A DNA stretch of 64,000 bases from Cyanophyceae cyanobacterium (GCA_038321985.1 JBBQFN010000001.1:192001-256000); one strand, 5' to 3'. Shown: positions 22,084 to 33,479, numbered from the stretch's first letter. Notes: generated by a model from the letters alone, not told the origin. Made by a program: numbers and translations.

Positions 22084-22292
22084 GGGGAGGGCAAGCTGTT
22101 TTAGGGGTTGATACCGTGGGATTTGGCTTGACATCGCCGGATCCCGACTAAAGTCGTTACCACAAAAGGGATTAACCACTGTCGAGGGGGAAAATTGCTC
22201 CTGCCTAGAGGGGGAATTTTCCCATGATCCATCCTGGGCGATCGCCTCGGGAAATTCGCTATACTCGAATAGACTTGAGATCTAAGGGCCTG

Positions 22293-22895
22293 ATGCGAGA
22301 TAATCGAAATCAACCTCGACCTAATGATGCCGTTTTGGGGGGACAACACCCTGCCCCCAGTGGGGCTATGGTTTTGGGGGGGTTAGACGGGGTGAAAATG
22401 CGTTTGGCTTCTCCGGTGGTAGAATATCGAATTACCGCCCTTTCCGAAGCGCTAAGGTATGGAATTGATGGGTTAGATTTAGTAATAGACTCCTTGCGCG
22501 ATCGCTCCTGTAAGGTCCGTCATGCTGCCTGCTTACTCCTAGAACACCGGACGGAAACTCGGGTGCAACACGCTTTAAGGTTCTATAATTCTCATCATAG
22601 TATGGTTAATCGAGTCGTGGAAATAGAACCCCCGGCAAATCTCTCTCTTATTGATAGCCTGATGCAAAATTTAGAGCAGGAGGAGGGGAATAAAAAGGGG
22701 AAGATTGTTGACCACTCTCTGAGTTTAGTCCAGACTGCGGAAGGACAAAATCGCATCAAATATTACTTGTTGCACGGAACCCCAAAGCAAAAAGATTACG
22801 CCACTCGTTATTTTAAAGAAAAGGGCAGGCAAGATATTTTAGCAGAGGCGTATAAGGTGAACTCTTTAAAGCCAGAAATATCTTTGTCCTCTTGA
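22293..22895 (+). CDS. Cyanobacterial hypothetical protein with a HEAT-like N-terminal module; start uncertain (ORF from 22224)
   Basis: NQPRPNDAVLGG..VLGGLDGVKMRL...ALSEALRYG..GLDLVI. Confidence 0.65.
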   Translation: MRDNRNQPRPNDAVLGGQHPAPSGAMVLGGLDGVKMRLASPVVEYRITALSEALRYGIDGLDLVIDSLRDRSCKVRHAACLLLEHRTETRVQHALRFYNSHHSMVNRVVEIEPPANLSLIDSLMQNLEQEEGNKKGKIVDHSLSLVQTAEGQNRIKYYLLHGTPKQKDYATRYFKEKGRQDILAEAYKVNSLKPEISLSS

Positions 22896-22917
22896 CCCTT
22901 ATTTATGGAATCTAACC

Positions 22918-22949
22918 AGCCCTCACTGGGATTAAGGTGAGGGCTTTTT
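22918..22949 (+). terminator. Intrinsic terminator between convergent genes
   Basis: AGCCCTCAC...GTGAGGGCT followed by TTTT. Confidence 0.6.
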
Positions 22950-22955
22950 ATAACC

Positions 22956-24344
22956 TTACACTGGGTTAAACCGAATCTTAGCCTCTTCTAGGGCTTTTTT
23001 CACTTGTTCAAATCCGGTGCCCCCTTCACTATTGCGGGCCGAAACAACTTGTTTAGGGTCGATCGCCGCGTAAATATCGCTCTCAAAGGCTGGATGCAAT
23101 TGTTGCCACTCTTCTAAGGTTAAATCTTTCAACAATTTACCGGCAGCTAAGGAAGTTTTTACCACTTTTCCCACCAGATTATAGGCTTCTCGGAAGGGTA
23201 CGCCTTTAGCTGCTAAATAGTCAGCTACATCAGTGGCATTGGAGAAATCTTCGGCGACGGCTTCAGCCAGACGTTCCTCGCGAAATTTGATACCTTCGCT
23301 CATTAAAATCGTCATCGCTTCAAGGCAAGATTTGACGGTTTTTACCGTATCAAAGAGGGCTTCTTTATCTTCTTGTAAGTCTTTATTGTAGGCTAAAGGT
23401 AAACCTTTCATCAGCACTAACATTCCTTGCAAATGCCCGAAAACCCGGCCTGATTTTCCTCGAACTAATTCGGGAACATCGGGGTTTTTCTTCTGAGGCA
23501 TGATGCTGGATCCGGTGGCACAGCTATCGGTCAGGGTAACAAAGCTAAATTCCTGGGATGCCCAGAGAATCACTTCTTCGGATAATCGACCCAGATGCAC
23601 GAGAATGAGGCTGGAGGCACAGAGGAATTCGACTGCAAAGTCGCGATCGCTCACGGCATCCAAACTATTACTATACAGTCGCTTAAATCCGAGTTCTTGG
23701 GCGGTGTATTGGCGATCAATCGGAAAGGTTGTTCCCGCTAAAGCACCGGCACCTAAAGGACAAATATCCACCCGCTGATAAATCTCTCCCAAACGCTCCC
23801 AATCGCGCTGGGTCATCTCAAAATAGGCGAGGAGGTGATGAGCCAAACTAATGGGTTGAGCGCGTTGCAGGTGGGTATAACCGGGGATTAAGGTTTCGAT
23901 GTGGCGATCGGCAAGCTGGAGTAATACACTTTGAAAGTCACGGATTTGTTGCCGAATTTGCTGGATTTGGTCCCGGAGATAAAGTCGGGTATCCGTTCCC
24001 ACTTGATCATTGCGCGATCGCGCAGTATGTAGTTTTTTCCCAACCTCTCCCACCAGTTCAGTTAATCGATGTTCGACGGCAAAATGGACGTCTTCGGCAT
24101 CGATTCCCGGTTTAAATAATCCTTGGCGATATTCTTGACGAATTTGTTCGAGTCCCTTAACCAGTTTATCCGCTTCTTCTGGGGAAATAATACCAGTTTT
24201 GCCGAGCATTTTCGCATGGGCCACCGATCCGGTTAAGTCGTACTCGATCAGTTGAATATCAAATTCGATACTCGCATTGAAGCGGGCGATCGCCGGATGT
24301 AGCGCACCTTCAAATCGTTGACTCCAAGTTTTTTGTTCTGTCAT
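22956..24344 (-). CDS. argH: Argininosuccinate lyase
   Basis: [34 protein letters not shown]. Confidence 0.97.
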   Translation of the reverse strand: MTEQKTWSQRFEGALHPAIARFNASIEFDIQLIEYDLTGSVAHAKMLGKTGIISPEEADKLVKGLEQIRQEYRQGLFKPGIDAEDVHFAVEHRLTELVGEVGKKLHTARSRNDQVGTDTRLYLRDQIQQIRQQIRDFQSVLLQLADRHIETLIPGYTHLQRAQPISLAHHLLAYFEMTQRDWERLGEIYQRVDICPLGAGALAGTTFPIDRQYTAQELGFKRLYSNSLDAVSDRDFAVEFLCASSLILVHLGRLSEEVILWASQEFSFVTLTDSCATGSSIMPQKKNPDVPELVRGKSGRVFGHLQGMLVLMKGLPLAYNKDLQEDKEALFDTVKTVKSCLEAMTILMSEGIKFREERLAEAVAEDFSNATDVADYLAAKGVPFREAYNLVGKVVKTSLAAGKLLKDLTLEEWQQLHPAFESDIYAAIDPKQVVSARNSEGGTGFEQVKKALEEAKIRFNPV

Positions 24345-24397
24345 GCTCAATTAACCGCCTTCTTACTCGCTCAAAAAAACGTTGTTCGTCGTAGACA

Positions 24398-24477
24398 TAG
24401 ACCTTTTGCAAAAATCTAACCCCCCCAAGATGGCGGGGGGGTTGGGGGGGTCTCTTCCGAATTATGCAATAGATCTA
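24398..24477. mobile_element. 80-bp MITE-like element, copy 1
   Basis: TAGACCTTTTGCA ... TGCAATAGATCTA imperfect terminal IRs with a C-run/G-run core; same length and layout as 33480-33559. Confidence 0.6.
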
Positions 24478-24539
24478 GTCTCTTATGTCGTTTGCCCTTT
24501 GTCATTTGAGAAACTACCCCAGACAAATCATCCGTGATT

Positions 24540-24794
24540 TTAAGTGCCTCTGAAGCCCCGAAATAGATACCCGAGAACCATCCCAATCACTAAGGCCCAA
24601 ACTTGTCCACTTGAAAGAAAGTTATCCCAGGCTTTTTTGATCCGACCCATCAGATCGGGGTCGCTGACTTGTTGAGCCAACACGATCGCATCCCGGAAAA
24701 AGTCTCCAATCAACAGGGATAGGACATCGCTGCTGTTGGGGGAGATCGGAACTTGAGCGATCAGTTCGTTCATGCTAGAGAGCAATATTGTCAT
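24540..24794 (-). CDS. Small membrane protein
   Basis: LAQQVSDPDL...AWDNFLSSGQVWALVIGMVLGY, a conserved-looking cyanobacterial motif. Confidence 0.65.
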   Translation of the reverse strand: MTILLSSMNELIAQVPISPNSSDVLSLLIGDFFRDAIVLAQQVSDPDLMGRIKKAWDNFLSSGQVWALVIGMVLGYLFRGFRGT

Positions 24795-24987
24795 AAGTTT
24801 TTAACACTCGGAAGAAGGGATAAACGTTGCTGTTTGCAGTATGAATGATGAAGTCCGACCTGTAAACAACCCGATCGCAATACTTCCATGAGGGGTTTGT
24901 CCATTTATCCCTAACTTTTTTTCCCAGTTAAGCGATCGCACCCCTTGGAATCCCGGACTTCAACGGCGATCGCACGGCTTCTAAACT

Positions 24988-26445
24988 TCAAACCCCTCCT
25001 CGATTGTCCTCCTCAAACCCAATTTTGGAAGAGTCCACCTCATCTTTAATTTGCATCACGATCAGAGTCATATCATCTGTATTTTGCGTGTCAGGGCCGA
25101 TAAAATTGCCGACGCACTCGAAGAGGTATTCCAGAATCGCTTGGGGTTTCTGGCAATGTTGACAAGCCCATTCCAAGGCGGCTGTCAGGTTTTCCTCATC
25201 AAAGCGATCGCCAACTTGGTTGCTGGCATCGGTAAACCCATCGGTGTAATAAATGAGCGTATCTCCAGGCTCTAACTGAATCTGTGCTTCCTGATACTGG
25301 GTATCGGGATCCAACCCAATCAACATCCCCAAGGTATCTAAGCGCTGAATCGAGCGAGTGGACGCCTGCCACAATAACGGGGGATTATGGGCCGCATTGC
25401 TATAGGACAAAATCCGAGTTTCCGGGTCATACTCGGAATAAAACAAGGTAACGAAACGATGAGAATTCTCTAAATCCGCATACATCACCCGGTTCAAATG
25501 CTGAAGAATTCGCGAGGGTGAATGACCGTTAAGGACCTCTGCGCGCAACATTCCCCGAGTCATCGTCATAATCAAACCGGCAGGCACCCCTTTGCCCATC
25601 ACATCCCCAATTACGATGCTCCAGCGTCCGTTCGGTTTTCCGCCCTGATTCTTGGATTGAGCAAAATCGTGAGTCGTCGGAATAAAATCATAATAGTCTC
25701 CCCCCACCCGACTAGCGGTTTCGCAACAAGCTGCCAGGTCTAAGCCGTTAATGGTCGGGCATTGACGCGGCAGGAGTCGCAATTGGATTTCCGCACCAAT
25801 TTCTAATTCTCGGTCGAGTCGTTCCTTCTTGCGAAGTTCTACCGTGAGCTCATCATTTTCGATCGCCACGGCAGTTTGATCCGCCACTAACCGGACCAAC
25901 TTCTGTCGCGTCGGGGTCCAAGTATAGTCCGGGTCCCGGCTGAATACATACAAGCGACCGCGTTCGGTATTTTTGACCAAAATGGCAGTGCCAAATAACT
26001 GCACGTCTGACCCCAAGTAGGGGCTGACTTGATAATCTAACGCCGAGGGTGGCAGGGTTGATGTGGCTACGTTAGAAGCATCCATGATTTGACGAGTCAG
26101 GGTTTCTAAAGCCTGCCGGATATCCTGACATTCGTGGCCGTCTTGGCAGTGAAGTTGCTGTAACCTCACTTGACCGTTGGGTTTAAACAAAATTAACGCT
26201 CCCCCATCGGCATCGGTGACCCGACTGGCGACTAGGGGAATCAATTCTAAGAACTGATTCAAGTTATTAAAGCTGCGTAGGGCAAATCCCAACGACGACA
26301 GCAAATCTTGAACTTTTTTTTGTTCCCGATGCAAACGGGCCACCAATTCTTTGAGGGCAAAGACGGGGGTTACGTCTGCGGATGCGCTTTTGTTGTCTGG
26401 TACATCCGGCGGAAAAGGCTGTCGAGGCAGTGGCAAAGAAGTCAT
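24988..26445 (-). CDS. GAF + SpoIIE/PP2C (RsbU-like) Ser/Thr phosphatase
   Basis: VGGDYYD, GDVMGKG, NAAHNPP, YTDG, DDMTL. Confidence 0.93.
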   Translation of the reverse strand: MTSLPLPRQPFPPDVPDNKSASADVTPVFALKELVARLHREQKKVQDLLSSLGFALRSFNNLNQFLELIPLVASRVTDADGGALILFKPNGQVRLQQLHCQDGHECQDIRQALETLTRQIMDASNVATSTLPPSALDYQVSPYLGSDVQLFGTAILVKNTERGRLYVFSRDPDYTWTPTRQKLVRLVADQTAVAIENDELTVELRKKERLDRELEIGAEIQLRLLPRQCPTINGLDLAACCETASRVGGDYYDFIPTTHDFAQSKNQGGKPNGRWSIVIGDVMGKGVPAGLIMTMTRGMLRAEVLNGHSPSRILQHLNRVMYADLENSHRFVTLFYSEYDPETRILSYSNAAHNPPLLWQASTRSIQRLDTLGMLIGLDPDTQYQEAQIQLEPGDTLIYYTDGFTDASNQVGDRFDEENLTAALEWACQHCQKPQAILEYLFECVGNFIGPDTQNTDDMTLIVMQIKDEVDSSKIGFEEDNRGGV

Positions 26446-27093
26446 TGAGTCAAGCTGGCTCCAGTGGGAGTGGTTATATATTTTGTTTGAGGTAGAAGTT
26501 ACCCCGCACCACTGAGTAGGGTGTTAAAGAATGGCTGCCAATTCGTTTTGGCGATCGCCCTTTAAGGGTTTAAGGGCCAAGTATTTTAAAGAGATTGTAA
26601 ATTTAACCCTTTACAAACGGTTTCAAGGCGGTTGTAAAAGAATATTTGCCGCAGAAGTTAGGAATTCGAGTCGTAGGTGTCCCGGGCAGTCGTCCCCGTT
26701 TATTAAGGCGCTTGTAAAAACTCGTACGATCTCCGATGCTGAGCGCCGGGTGGGATTGATTCTCCGTCGCCGCAGCCGCTTCAGAGTGCTAATTCATCAA
26801 CCCTGACCGGACTGCTCGAACAATCAACCGAGCGTTTTACAGCTATCGCATTAAAGTGGATTAATGATAGCGCTATTTACACCCGGTGCCAATCCACTCA
26901 TGGGTGGGTTTTCCCAACTCGATTCTAAGTAGGCGATCGCCGATTTGTTTGATTTGTTGCAAACCATTTCTCAAAACAAGACTTCACCCGGCGGGCTAGT
27001 TACCTGCCGGGACAGACTGACTTAAAAACTTGAGTCCTGGGACTTAAGCCGATTGAGTCTGAACGTCTAAGGTCTCAATTCTCGCTGTGGATA

Positions 27094-28743
27094 CTAACCA
27101 CCAATCAACGCTTCCACAAACTCGTAACTGGAAAAGGGGCGCAGGTCTTCTATTCCTTCACCGGCACCAATAAAGCGGATGGGTAATCCCATCTGCTGCA
27201 CGATCGCCAGGGCTATGCCACCTTTAGCAGTTCCGTCCAATTTTGTCAAGATTACCCCGCTCAAATTAATCGCTTCCGAAAATACCTGAGCTTGACGGAG
27301 GCCGTTTTGCCCCAGAGTGGCATCCAAAACCAGCAGTGATTCTACCACTGCATCGGGCGCTTTTCTATCGACAATTCTACGGATTTTTGCCAATTCATCC
27401 ATCAGGTTCTTTTTATTCTGAAGACGACCGGCAGTATCTACCAAAAGTAGCTCGGTGCCTCGGGCTTGCGCCGCTGAAATCCCATCAAATACCACCGCTG
27501 CGGGGTCTGAATTTTTAACGGGGTTGGCAATCACTTCTACATCGGCGCGGGTTCCCCACACTTTGACTTGCTCAACGGCAGCAGCGCGGAAGGTATCCGC
27601 CGCCGCAATCAGGGTTTTATAACCGGATTGTTTGGACAGGTGGGCAATTTTGCCAATGGTTGTAGTTTTACCGGCCCCATTTACCCCGGCAATTACCCAA
27701 ATATTTAAGGTCTCCTTTTCCGGGACAAAGTTAGCATTGTACTTTTCCTGGAAGGGGCGATCGAGCATTTCCCGGAGAATTTTTTTGAGGTAGGCGATCG
27801 CCTCGGCAGGCGGCAGCGCCTCTTCTTTTAACTTCTGCTGGAGGGCTTCAATAATCAAATCCGTGGCCGCCACTCCCACATCCGCTTGTAAAAGGGCGGT
27901 TTCAATTTCCATCACCGCTGCTTTATTCAGCGGTCCTTGTCCAACGATCGCCCGTAATTGGTTAATTAAACTCCGGCGGGTTTTGTCTAACCCCTGCCGC
28001 AACTTCTGCAACCAAGTAATTTCTTCAATCGAAACTTCATCGGCGCGGCGTCCTTGAGCAGCCAGCACTTCTGCCGACCACAAAAATCCTTCATCAAATG
28101 CCAGTCCCGGAATTTCTATGCCATCCACACCCGGTTGTCCCGGGGGAGTGGGTCGTCTCAGGTCCTCCTCTACTGGGGCCTCAACTGCCGTTTCCTCTAA
28201 CCGCTGCATTCTTGCCTGTCTTTCCGCCTCCGACCGTGCCAGGAATGACACCGGAGCCGGTGCTGCAGTAGGCTGTTGGGAGGTTTCCGTCTGTTCGGGA
28301 GTTTCGATCGCCAGGGCGACTGCCGGTTCTATAGCCTCCTCTGGGGGGGCTTCCGGTTCTGTGGCTTCGATAGTCGCGTCTAAGGGTGGTTCTGCGATCG
28401 CTTCAGGTACGGGGTTCTGTGATGTAGCTTCTTCTGGAACCTCTACCCCTATTAATTCAACCTCAGCGGCCTCGGTTTCCGGAATAGATTCTGCTACTTC
28501 CGATGCTTCTGCTACTTCCGCATTTTCCCCCTCTACCGGCTCTCCCCCATCCTCTTCAGAAATCTGTTGCTTTTGAATATTTTGATAAGCAGCTTTAGCC
28601 CAGTTCAGGTAATCTTCAGCAACTTCCGAGGGAGTTTCCTCCGCCTCTGATTCCGGCTGTTTTGCCGTCGGTTTTGTTGCTTGTTCTTGTTCTTGTTTTT
28701 GTTCTTTTTCGTTGAACTGACGGCGGAACCAATTAAACACCAT
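27094..28743 (-). CDS. ftsY: SRP receptor FtsY
   Basis: Acidic N-domain; GVNGAGKTT, DTFRAAA, DTAGR, TKLDGTAKGG. Confidence 0.97.
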   Translation of the reverse strand: MVFNWFRRQFNEKEQKQEQEQATKPTAKQPESEAEETPSEVAEDYLNWAKAAYQNIQKQQISEEDGGEPVEGENAEVAEASEVAESIPETEAAEVELIGVEVPEEATSQNPVPEAIAEPPLDATIEATEPEAPPEEAIEPAVALAIETPEQTETSQQPTAAPAPVSFLARSEAERQARMQRLEETAVEAPVEEDLRRPTPPGQPGVDGIEIPGLAFDEGFLWSAEVLAAQGRRADEVSIEEITWLQKLRQGLDKTRRSLINQLRAIVGQGPLNKAAVMEIETALLQADVGVAATDLIIEALQQKLKEEALPPAEAIAYLKKILREMLDRPFQEKYNANFVPEKETLNIWVIAGVNGAGKTTTIGKIAHLSKQSGYKTLIAAADTFRAAAVEQVKVWGTRADVEVIANPVKNSDPAAVVFDGISAAQARGTELLLVDTAGRLQNKKNLMDELAKIRRIVDRKAPDAVVESLLVLDATLGQNGLRQAQVFSEAINLSGVILTKLDGTAKGGIALAIVQQMGLPIRFIGAGEGIEDLRPFSSYEFVEALIGG

Positions 28744-28875
28744 AGCACTTACCAGCAAGAGAACGTTGCCGACTATTTTATAGGGTAGGGTAGAGATTAT
28801 TGAGTAAAAATTGCCACGGTTGCATCCCGACTTGAGGGAATGGGGTAGTCGTCCGAGGACAAAGGGGGGGAGGAA

Positions 28876-29505
28876 TTATTCCTTCGGCACCGGGGAGCGA
28901 AACTGTTCGGTAACCCGACGCAATACGCCATTGACAAAGCGATATCCATCTTCACCGCTATAGCGTTTGGCTAATTCCACTGCTTCATTGATGGCGATGC
29001 GTTCCTGGAGTCCGATATAGCGCATTTCAGCTACCGCAATTCGCAAGATATCGCGATCAATTCGAGCAATCCGATTTAATTGCCAATTGACGAGTGCTTC
29101 TTCGAGAATGGCATCAATTTCTTCCCGATGAGCGCTGACTAGGGTCAGGGTTTCTATCGTGTAAGATTTAACTTCTTTTTGGTTCGTCAGGTTTAGAAAC
29201 TCCGGGAGTTCCATTGCCATTGCCACACGGTTAATAGCGGTTTGGGTGAGTTCTACCGCTTCGTAAACCATGGTGCGAGAACTTTGCATTGTAGTCGCCT
29301 GAATTTCGCTACCCAAAAGGCGATCGTTGCTACGCTTTAGTTCGGCAGCAGCAGTTTCTAAAATATCATGGACTTCATTGGTGAGGGTGCGAACAGCGGC
29401 AAGGACGAGATCTTGGAGTTGTTGAGTGTTGAGTTTTTCCAGATTGGAACTCAGCTGACTCATACTCAGTAGAGCGAGTTCGCGAGCGACTCTTTGAGCT
29501 TTCAT
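28876..29505 (-). CDS. nusB: Transcription antitermination factor NusB
   Basis: ARELAL, IDRDILRIA, INEAVELAKRY, FVNGVL. Confidence 0.95.
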   Translation of the reverse strand: MKAQRVARELALLSMSQLSSNLEKLNTQQLQDLVLAAVRTLTNEVHDILETAAAELKRSNDRLLGSEIQATTMQSSRTMVYEAVELTQTAINRVAMAMELPEFLNLTNQKEVKSYTIETLTLVSAHREEIDAILEEALVNWQLNRIARIDRDILRIAVAEMRYIGLQERIAINEAVELAKRYSGEDGYRFVNGVLRRVTEQFRSPVPKE

Positions 29506-29532
29506 AATACCTAGGGGTTAACGTGGTTGGGT

Positions 29533-30267
29533 TTAGATATATTCTTTTTCTTCTTCCGTGACGAGGGCCTGCCGTTTGACCTCAGTTCTCAGTTCCCGCA
29601 GCTTGCGATCGCTCGATGGGGGTAGGGGCAAGGGTCCCGTCACAGGAGGGCTAACAATCCCGCCGGATACGATGACTTTAAAGGCATCTTCTACGGACAT
29701 GGAGAGGTTGACCACTTCTTCTTCGGAAACGACAGCATACCACCCGCTGGTCGGATTAGGAGTTGTGGGAATAAAAATGCTGACCATTCCCCCGGATAAT
29801 TGGGATTGGATTTCCGTTGCTACGCCACCTGTCACGAAGGCGATCGCCCAGATTCCTTTGCGGGGATACTCAACTAAAATGACCCGTCGAAATTTCCCAT
29901 TGGAATCTTTGAGGACTGTTTCTAAAATTTGCTTGAGGGTTTTATAAACCGAACCGGCAAGGGGAATCGCTTGGAGCACTCGTTCCCCAAAATCGAGCAA
30001 CCATCGTCCGGCGATGTTGCGTGCCATCAACCCGATCAGCAGAATACTCAGGAGGGGAACCGCCAACCCTACTCCTAAGTTGATTAGGACGACTAAAATC
30101 GGGTGGAGATTATCAAAAGGATTAAGCTGTTTGGGAATACTGGTGAGAAAATCGATCACCCAGCGGGCAACGGTAAGGGTCAACCAGATGGTAGTAGCCA
30201 GAGGAATGATTACCAATAGTCCGGCAATCAGGTCATTTTTTAAGTCTTGTTTAAGGCGTTGGATCAC
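29533..30267 (-). CDS. DUF502 membrane protein
   Basis: AGLLVIIPL, VEYPRKG, FIPTTPNPTSG, IVSGG. Confidence 0.9.
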   Translation of the reverse strand: MIQRLKQDLKNDLIAGLLVIIPLATTIWLTLTVARWVIDFLTSIPKQLNPFDNLHPILVVLINLGVGLAVPLLSILLIGLMARNIAGRWLLDFGERVLQAIPLAGSVYKTLKQILETVLKDSNGKFRRVILVEYPRKGIWAIAFVTGGVATEIQSQLSGGMVSIFIPTTPNPTSGWYAVVSEEEVVNLSMSVEDAFKVIVSGGIVSPPVTGPLPLPPSSDRKLRELRTEVKRQALVTEEEKEYI

Positions 30268-30520
30268 AGCTTACCCACTCTCCTTTTGTTCGGAAACATC
30301 ACGCGATCGCCACTTTTTATTGTTTCATTTTCAACAAACGGTATCATTTTCGGTATCCCAAAAACCATTTGAGTCTGGTCAAAATTCCCTCCCCTCTAAC
30401 ATTCCCTAGCTCATCAGCGACGGTGAGGGACTTAAATGACTTTTTATCCCCCGAGTCACCTTGAGGGAGCCAAGGCTGCATCGTTTTAGGTTTCTTTTCC
30501 AGAAATAGAAATTACATTTC

Positions 30521-30534
30521 GTATCTTCTGATAC
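30521..30534. promoter_or_regulatory. Perfect NtcA-type box GTA-N8-TAC upstream of the DUF502-nusB-ftsY genes
   Basis: GTATCTTCTGATAC; overlaps a minus-strand TATAGT -10-like hexamer (30533-30538). Confidence 0.45.
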
Positions 30535-30845
30535 TATACCCTGTGTTCTTGGCAAAGAAAGTGTCCCGTTCTACTTAGCTGCTTCTCTACTAAATTGTAA
30601 AGAATTATTGCCAACTGACGCAGGTCTCGATTGAAAAAACTTTCCCGCTTCCCGCAGACCCTCGCCCTCTTCTCAATTGGCGATACACACTGTCGCGATC
30701 GGGGCAAAATTTCCGTTTAACAACCCAAACCCACCGCCTAAGGGCTGTAGTTACAAGAAGAACCCTGTGCAGGCGCGGGCTAAAGAGAAATAAGAGGGCT
30801 TTTGCATCTTGTTCGCTCTTGTCCTAGCCTAGCCCGATATAAAGC

Positions 30846-30878
30846 AAGTAAGCATAACTACGCTAGTTATGCTTACTT
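30846..30878. terminator. Perfect 15-bp hairpin downstream of the GT2 gene
   Basis: AAGTAAGCATAACTA-cgc-TAGTTATGCTTACTT. Confidence 0.55.
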
Positions 30879-31010
30879 ATTCTCCCCACTCTCCAAAAAT
30901 GATGGACGCGAATAACTGGGGGAAGGGCTATAAAAAACCTCTACGGGTAAGATTTAAACCCCCGCAGGTTGTGGGAACGGTTACTCCTAACTTTCCCAAT
31001 ATCTTAGGGA

Positions 31011-31883
31011 TTAAGGGGGATTGGGTGTGGTGGGATTGCTCGTAGGTTTCGGGTCTAACTGAGGTGTGGGGAGATTTTGGAGTTCCCACACTTTTAGCAA
31101 GATCAGATATTCATAAAATGCCTGTAAACTACACCAAGCAAACCCGGCCCCTCCATCCAGGATGCCCCCGAGCATAAAGTACATATAAATAAAGCGCAAC
31201 AGGGGGCGAAAGGGCAAGCGCAAGGATAAATCTTTGAGTGCCCTGCGTTTTTCCACTTCCGATCGCCCAAATAGGAGATTATTCCAGGAGACTTCTCCTT
31301 TTTGGAGTTGGCGTAGGGTTTCGTTAGCTTCATCACTGGAGTAGCGGTTATGCTTATCAATCCAGCGACTCAATCCCTTGCTACAGGTGTAGTGGGGATA
31401 GCTTTGCTTAAGAAACCCGGTGGGACCATCACAAACTTCACGTTCGGTATGTCCGTAATCACTGAACCATACTTTGTCCTTGCGGAATAAGCGCAGTTGA
31501 TAGCGGGGATACTGGGTGCTAAACCGAATCCATCGGTTCATAAACATGACGCGCTCAGCGACATAATAGCCGATCACTTCATCCTCAGTGGCGATCGCCT
31601 CCAGGCATTCCTGAAACAATTCGGGAGTCATGCGCTCATCCGCTTCCAGGATGTAAACCCATTCATGCTGGGTGGGAAGTTCTTGCAGCATCCAAGTCCG
31701 TTGTTTGCCATGACTTTCAAAGGGATGCTGGACTACCCGGACTGGATACTGACTCGCAATCTCCACAGTGCGATCGCTTGACATCGAGTCTACGACGATA
31801 ATTTCATCACTCATCTGGGCGGACTCGATGCAGGCAGCAATATCAATTTCTTCGTTATGGGTCAGGATATAAATCGAGAACAT
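31011..31883 (-). CDS. Glycosyltransferase family 2, next to hpsJ
   Basis: MFSIYILTHNEE, VDSMSSDRT, LEADE, KHNRYS. Confidence 0.9.
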   Translation of the reverse strand: MFSIYILTHNEEIDIAACIESAQMSDEIIVVDSMSSDRTVEIASQYPVRVVQHPFESHGKQRTWMLQELPTQHEWVYILEADERMTPELFQECLEAIATEDEVIGYYVAERVMFMNRWIRFSTQYPRYQLRLFRKDKVWFSDYGHTEREVCDGPTGFLKQSYPHYTCSKGLSRWIDKHNRYSSDEANETLRQLQKGEVSWNNLLFGRSEVEKRRALKDLSLRLPFRPLLRFIYMYFMLGGILDGGAGFAWCSLQAFYEYLILLKVWELQNLPTPQLDPKPTSNPTTPNPP

Positions 31884-32203
31884 GGGGGGCAATTGCCAAT
31901 AATCGGCTTAAATGTGAATAGTTATTGCGATTGGCGATCCGAGTTCGTCTGCTGAACCTGGAGAAAGCGAGTTCATCGGACCACACCACCCTAATGTTAA
32001 AAGGGTTGCACCGGGACTGCGCCCTTACGCAACCCTTTCACCCTAATTTTTACCCAGAGGAGACGATGGAAACGAGGGTAATTTCACCCCATGAATTGAC
32101 CTACAATTTCAGAATTGAGGACTGTTCAAAATCAGTTTGTTTCTAGAATTGACAGGATAATCTCTGGCTGATGCCTCTTCTGTGGCATCTTCTTTCGCCT
32201 CTT

Positions 32204-33022
32204 TTAACGACCGGCGGATTTACGCCGTCCTCCCCCTAAACTCCCCATACTTTTTAAACCCGTCCAGCCAATAATACTGTAAGCAATGGCTAACAACAAA
32301 CTGCTAATTCCGGTTTGTAGTCCTAACTTGGTAAAGCGAGTTTGAGTCTGACCTTCGAGTTCTTGCTGCCGCGATCGAATCTGAGTGAGTTGTTGATTTT
32401 TGAGAGTTTCTGTACTGAATTGCTGGTTCAAAAACTGGTCGATAGCTTCCGGATTTTGCTGAAATTGTTCTAGTAACTCCTTCTCTTGTTGGGGGACATC
32501 CGGACTTGCCAGCGCCTCATTCAGTTGCTCAGGATTCGATAGTAATTGCCGAATTTGTCCCCCAATCGCGCTCCTTCTTTGTTGAATTTCAGTCTCCACG
32601 TTTTCGGTTTCAAGTTGGCTTAATAACTGCCCTTCCGTCTGGCTGGCTTGTTGGCGAATCTGTTGCAATGCTTCAGCACTTTGCAACCGTACGTTATTCA
32701 AATGCAGCGGGAACACTACTAAAAATACCACCCCCAGAATGGTAGACAACACAAAGGCCCAAAATCTTAAATCTTGAATCGGGTTCCGTCTGGTTGCGCC
32801 GCCGCCTTCAGCGCCATCCATCCAAAATCCAGTGACTAAAAAGGCTATCCCCACTAAGGGGATAATTCCCCGTTCTACCACTTGAGCGGCATAAGCAATT
32901 TGCCATTCTCTCGAACCGGGTTGAAAGGGAATCGCTAAAAGTACAAAATCCACCAAGGATGATAGGATTAAAATCACCGCGATTACTTTTAAAGACATTG
33001 AGGCTACAGACTGTTGATTCAT
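32204..33022 (-). CDS. hpsJ: HpsJ-family (hormogonium polysaccharide) membrane protein
   Basis: WQ....QVVERGIIPLVG, PLHLNN, Q-rich loop, LLLAIAYSIIGWTG. Confidence 0.75.
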   Translation of the reverse strand: MNQQSVASMSLKVIAVILILSSLVDFVLLAIPFQPGSREWQIAYAAQVVERGIIPLVGIAFLVTGFWMDGAEGGGATRRNPIQDLRFWAFVLSTILGVVFLVVFPLHLNNVRLQSAEALQQIRQQASQTEGQLLSQLETENVETEIQQRRSAIGGQIRQLLSNPEQLNEALASPDVPQQEKELLEQFQQNPEAIDQFLNQQFSTETLKNQQLTQIRSRQQELEGQTQTRFTKLGLQTGISSLLLAIAYSIIGWTGLKSMGSLGGGRRKSAGR

Positions 33023-33479
33023 GGTTCTCCTATAATTTTCCCGATATATTCCCCAAAATAAGGGAAGTTTCTCTTTTCATTTTTCCCGCTCTTTCCGATG
33101 CTTTCCCTCCAGGACGTTAACTAGATTTTGGGGTTCAAGAGGAAAGGATTTTGATTCAGGGAGTTCCCTGGAACCGATGCACTGGTTATGGCAATTTGCG
33201 TTTAAACAACCCCTGGAGATTGGCAAAAATACTATTAACAGTAAAGGGTTTGCTATTTATCTGAGGGTGTCAGTTGATGGCGCATGGAAAAGCTGAGTTA
33301 TTGCCTCCTCCTGTTTGAGTTTAAACTTTCATCGGAGTGATTTTAACCTCAATTGGGTCGAGTTTACCCAAAATTTATTATGGTTTTTGGCGGGGGTCGG
33401 CGTTAGATTGAACGATTTGGTGATTTGAAAGCCCTTTTCTGTGGGTTGGGGAGGGAACCGCAGGGGAGTCCCACCGGAT

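Noticed and set aside
26446..27093. Possible ncRNA or 91-aa ORF in the long ftsY-phosphatase spacer
   Set aside because: No recognisable RNA family signature (SRP RNA, tmRNA, RNase P, riboswitch) and the ORF has no motif; an Infernal/Rfam scan would be needed
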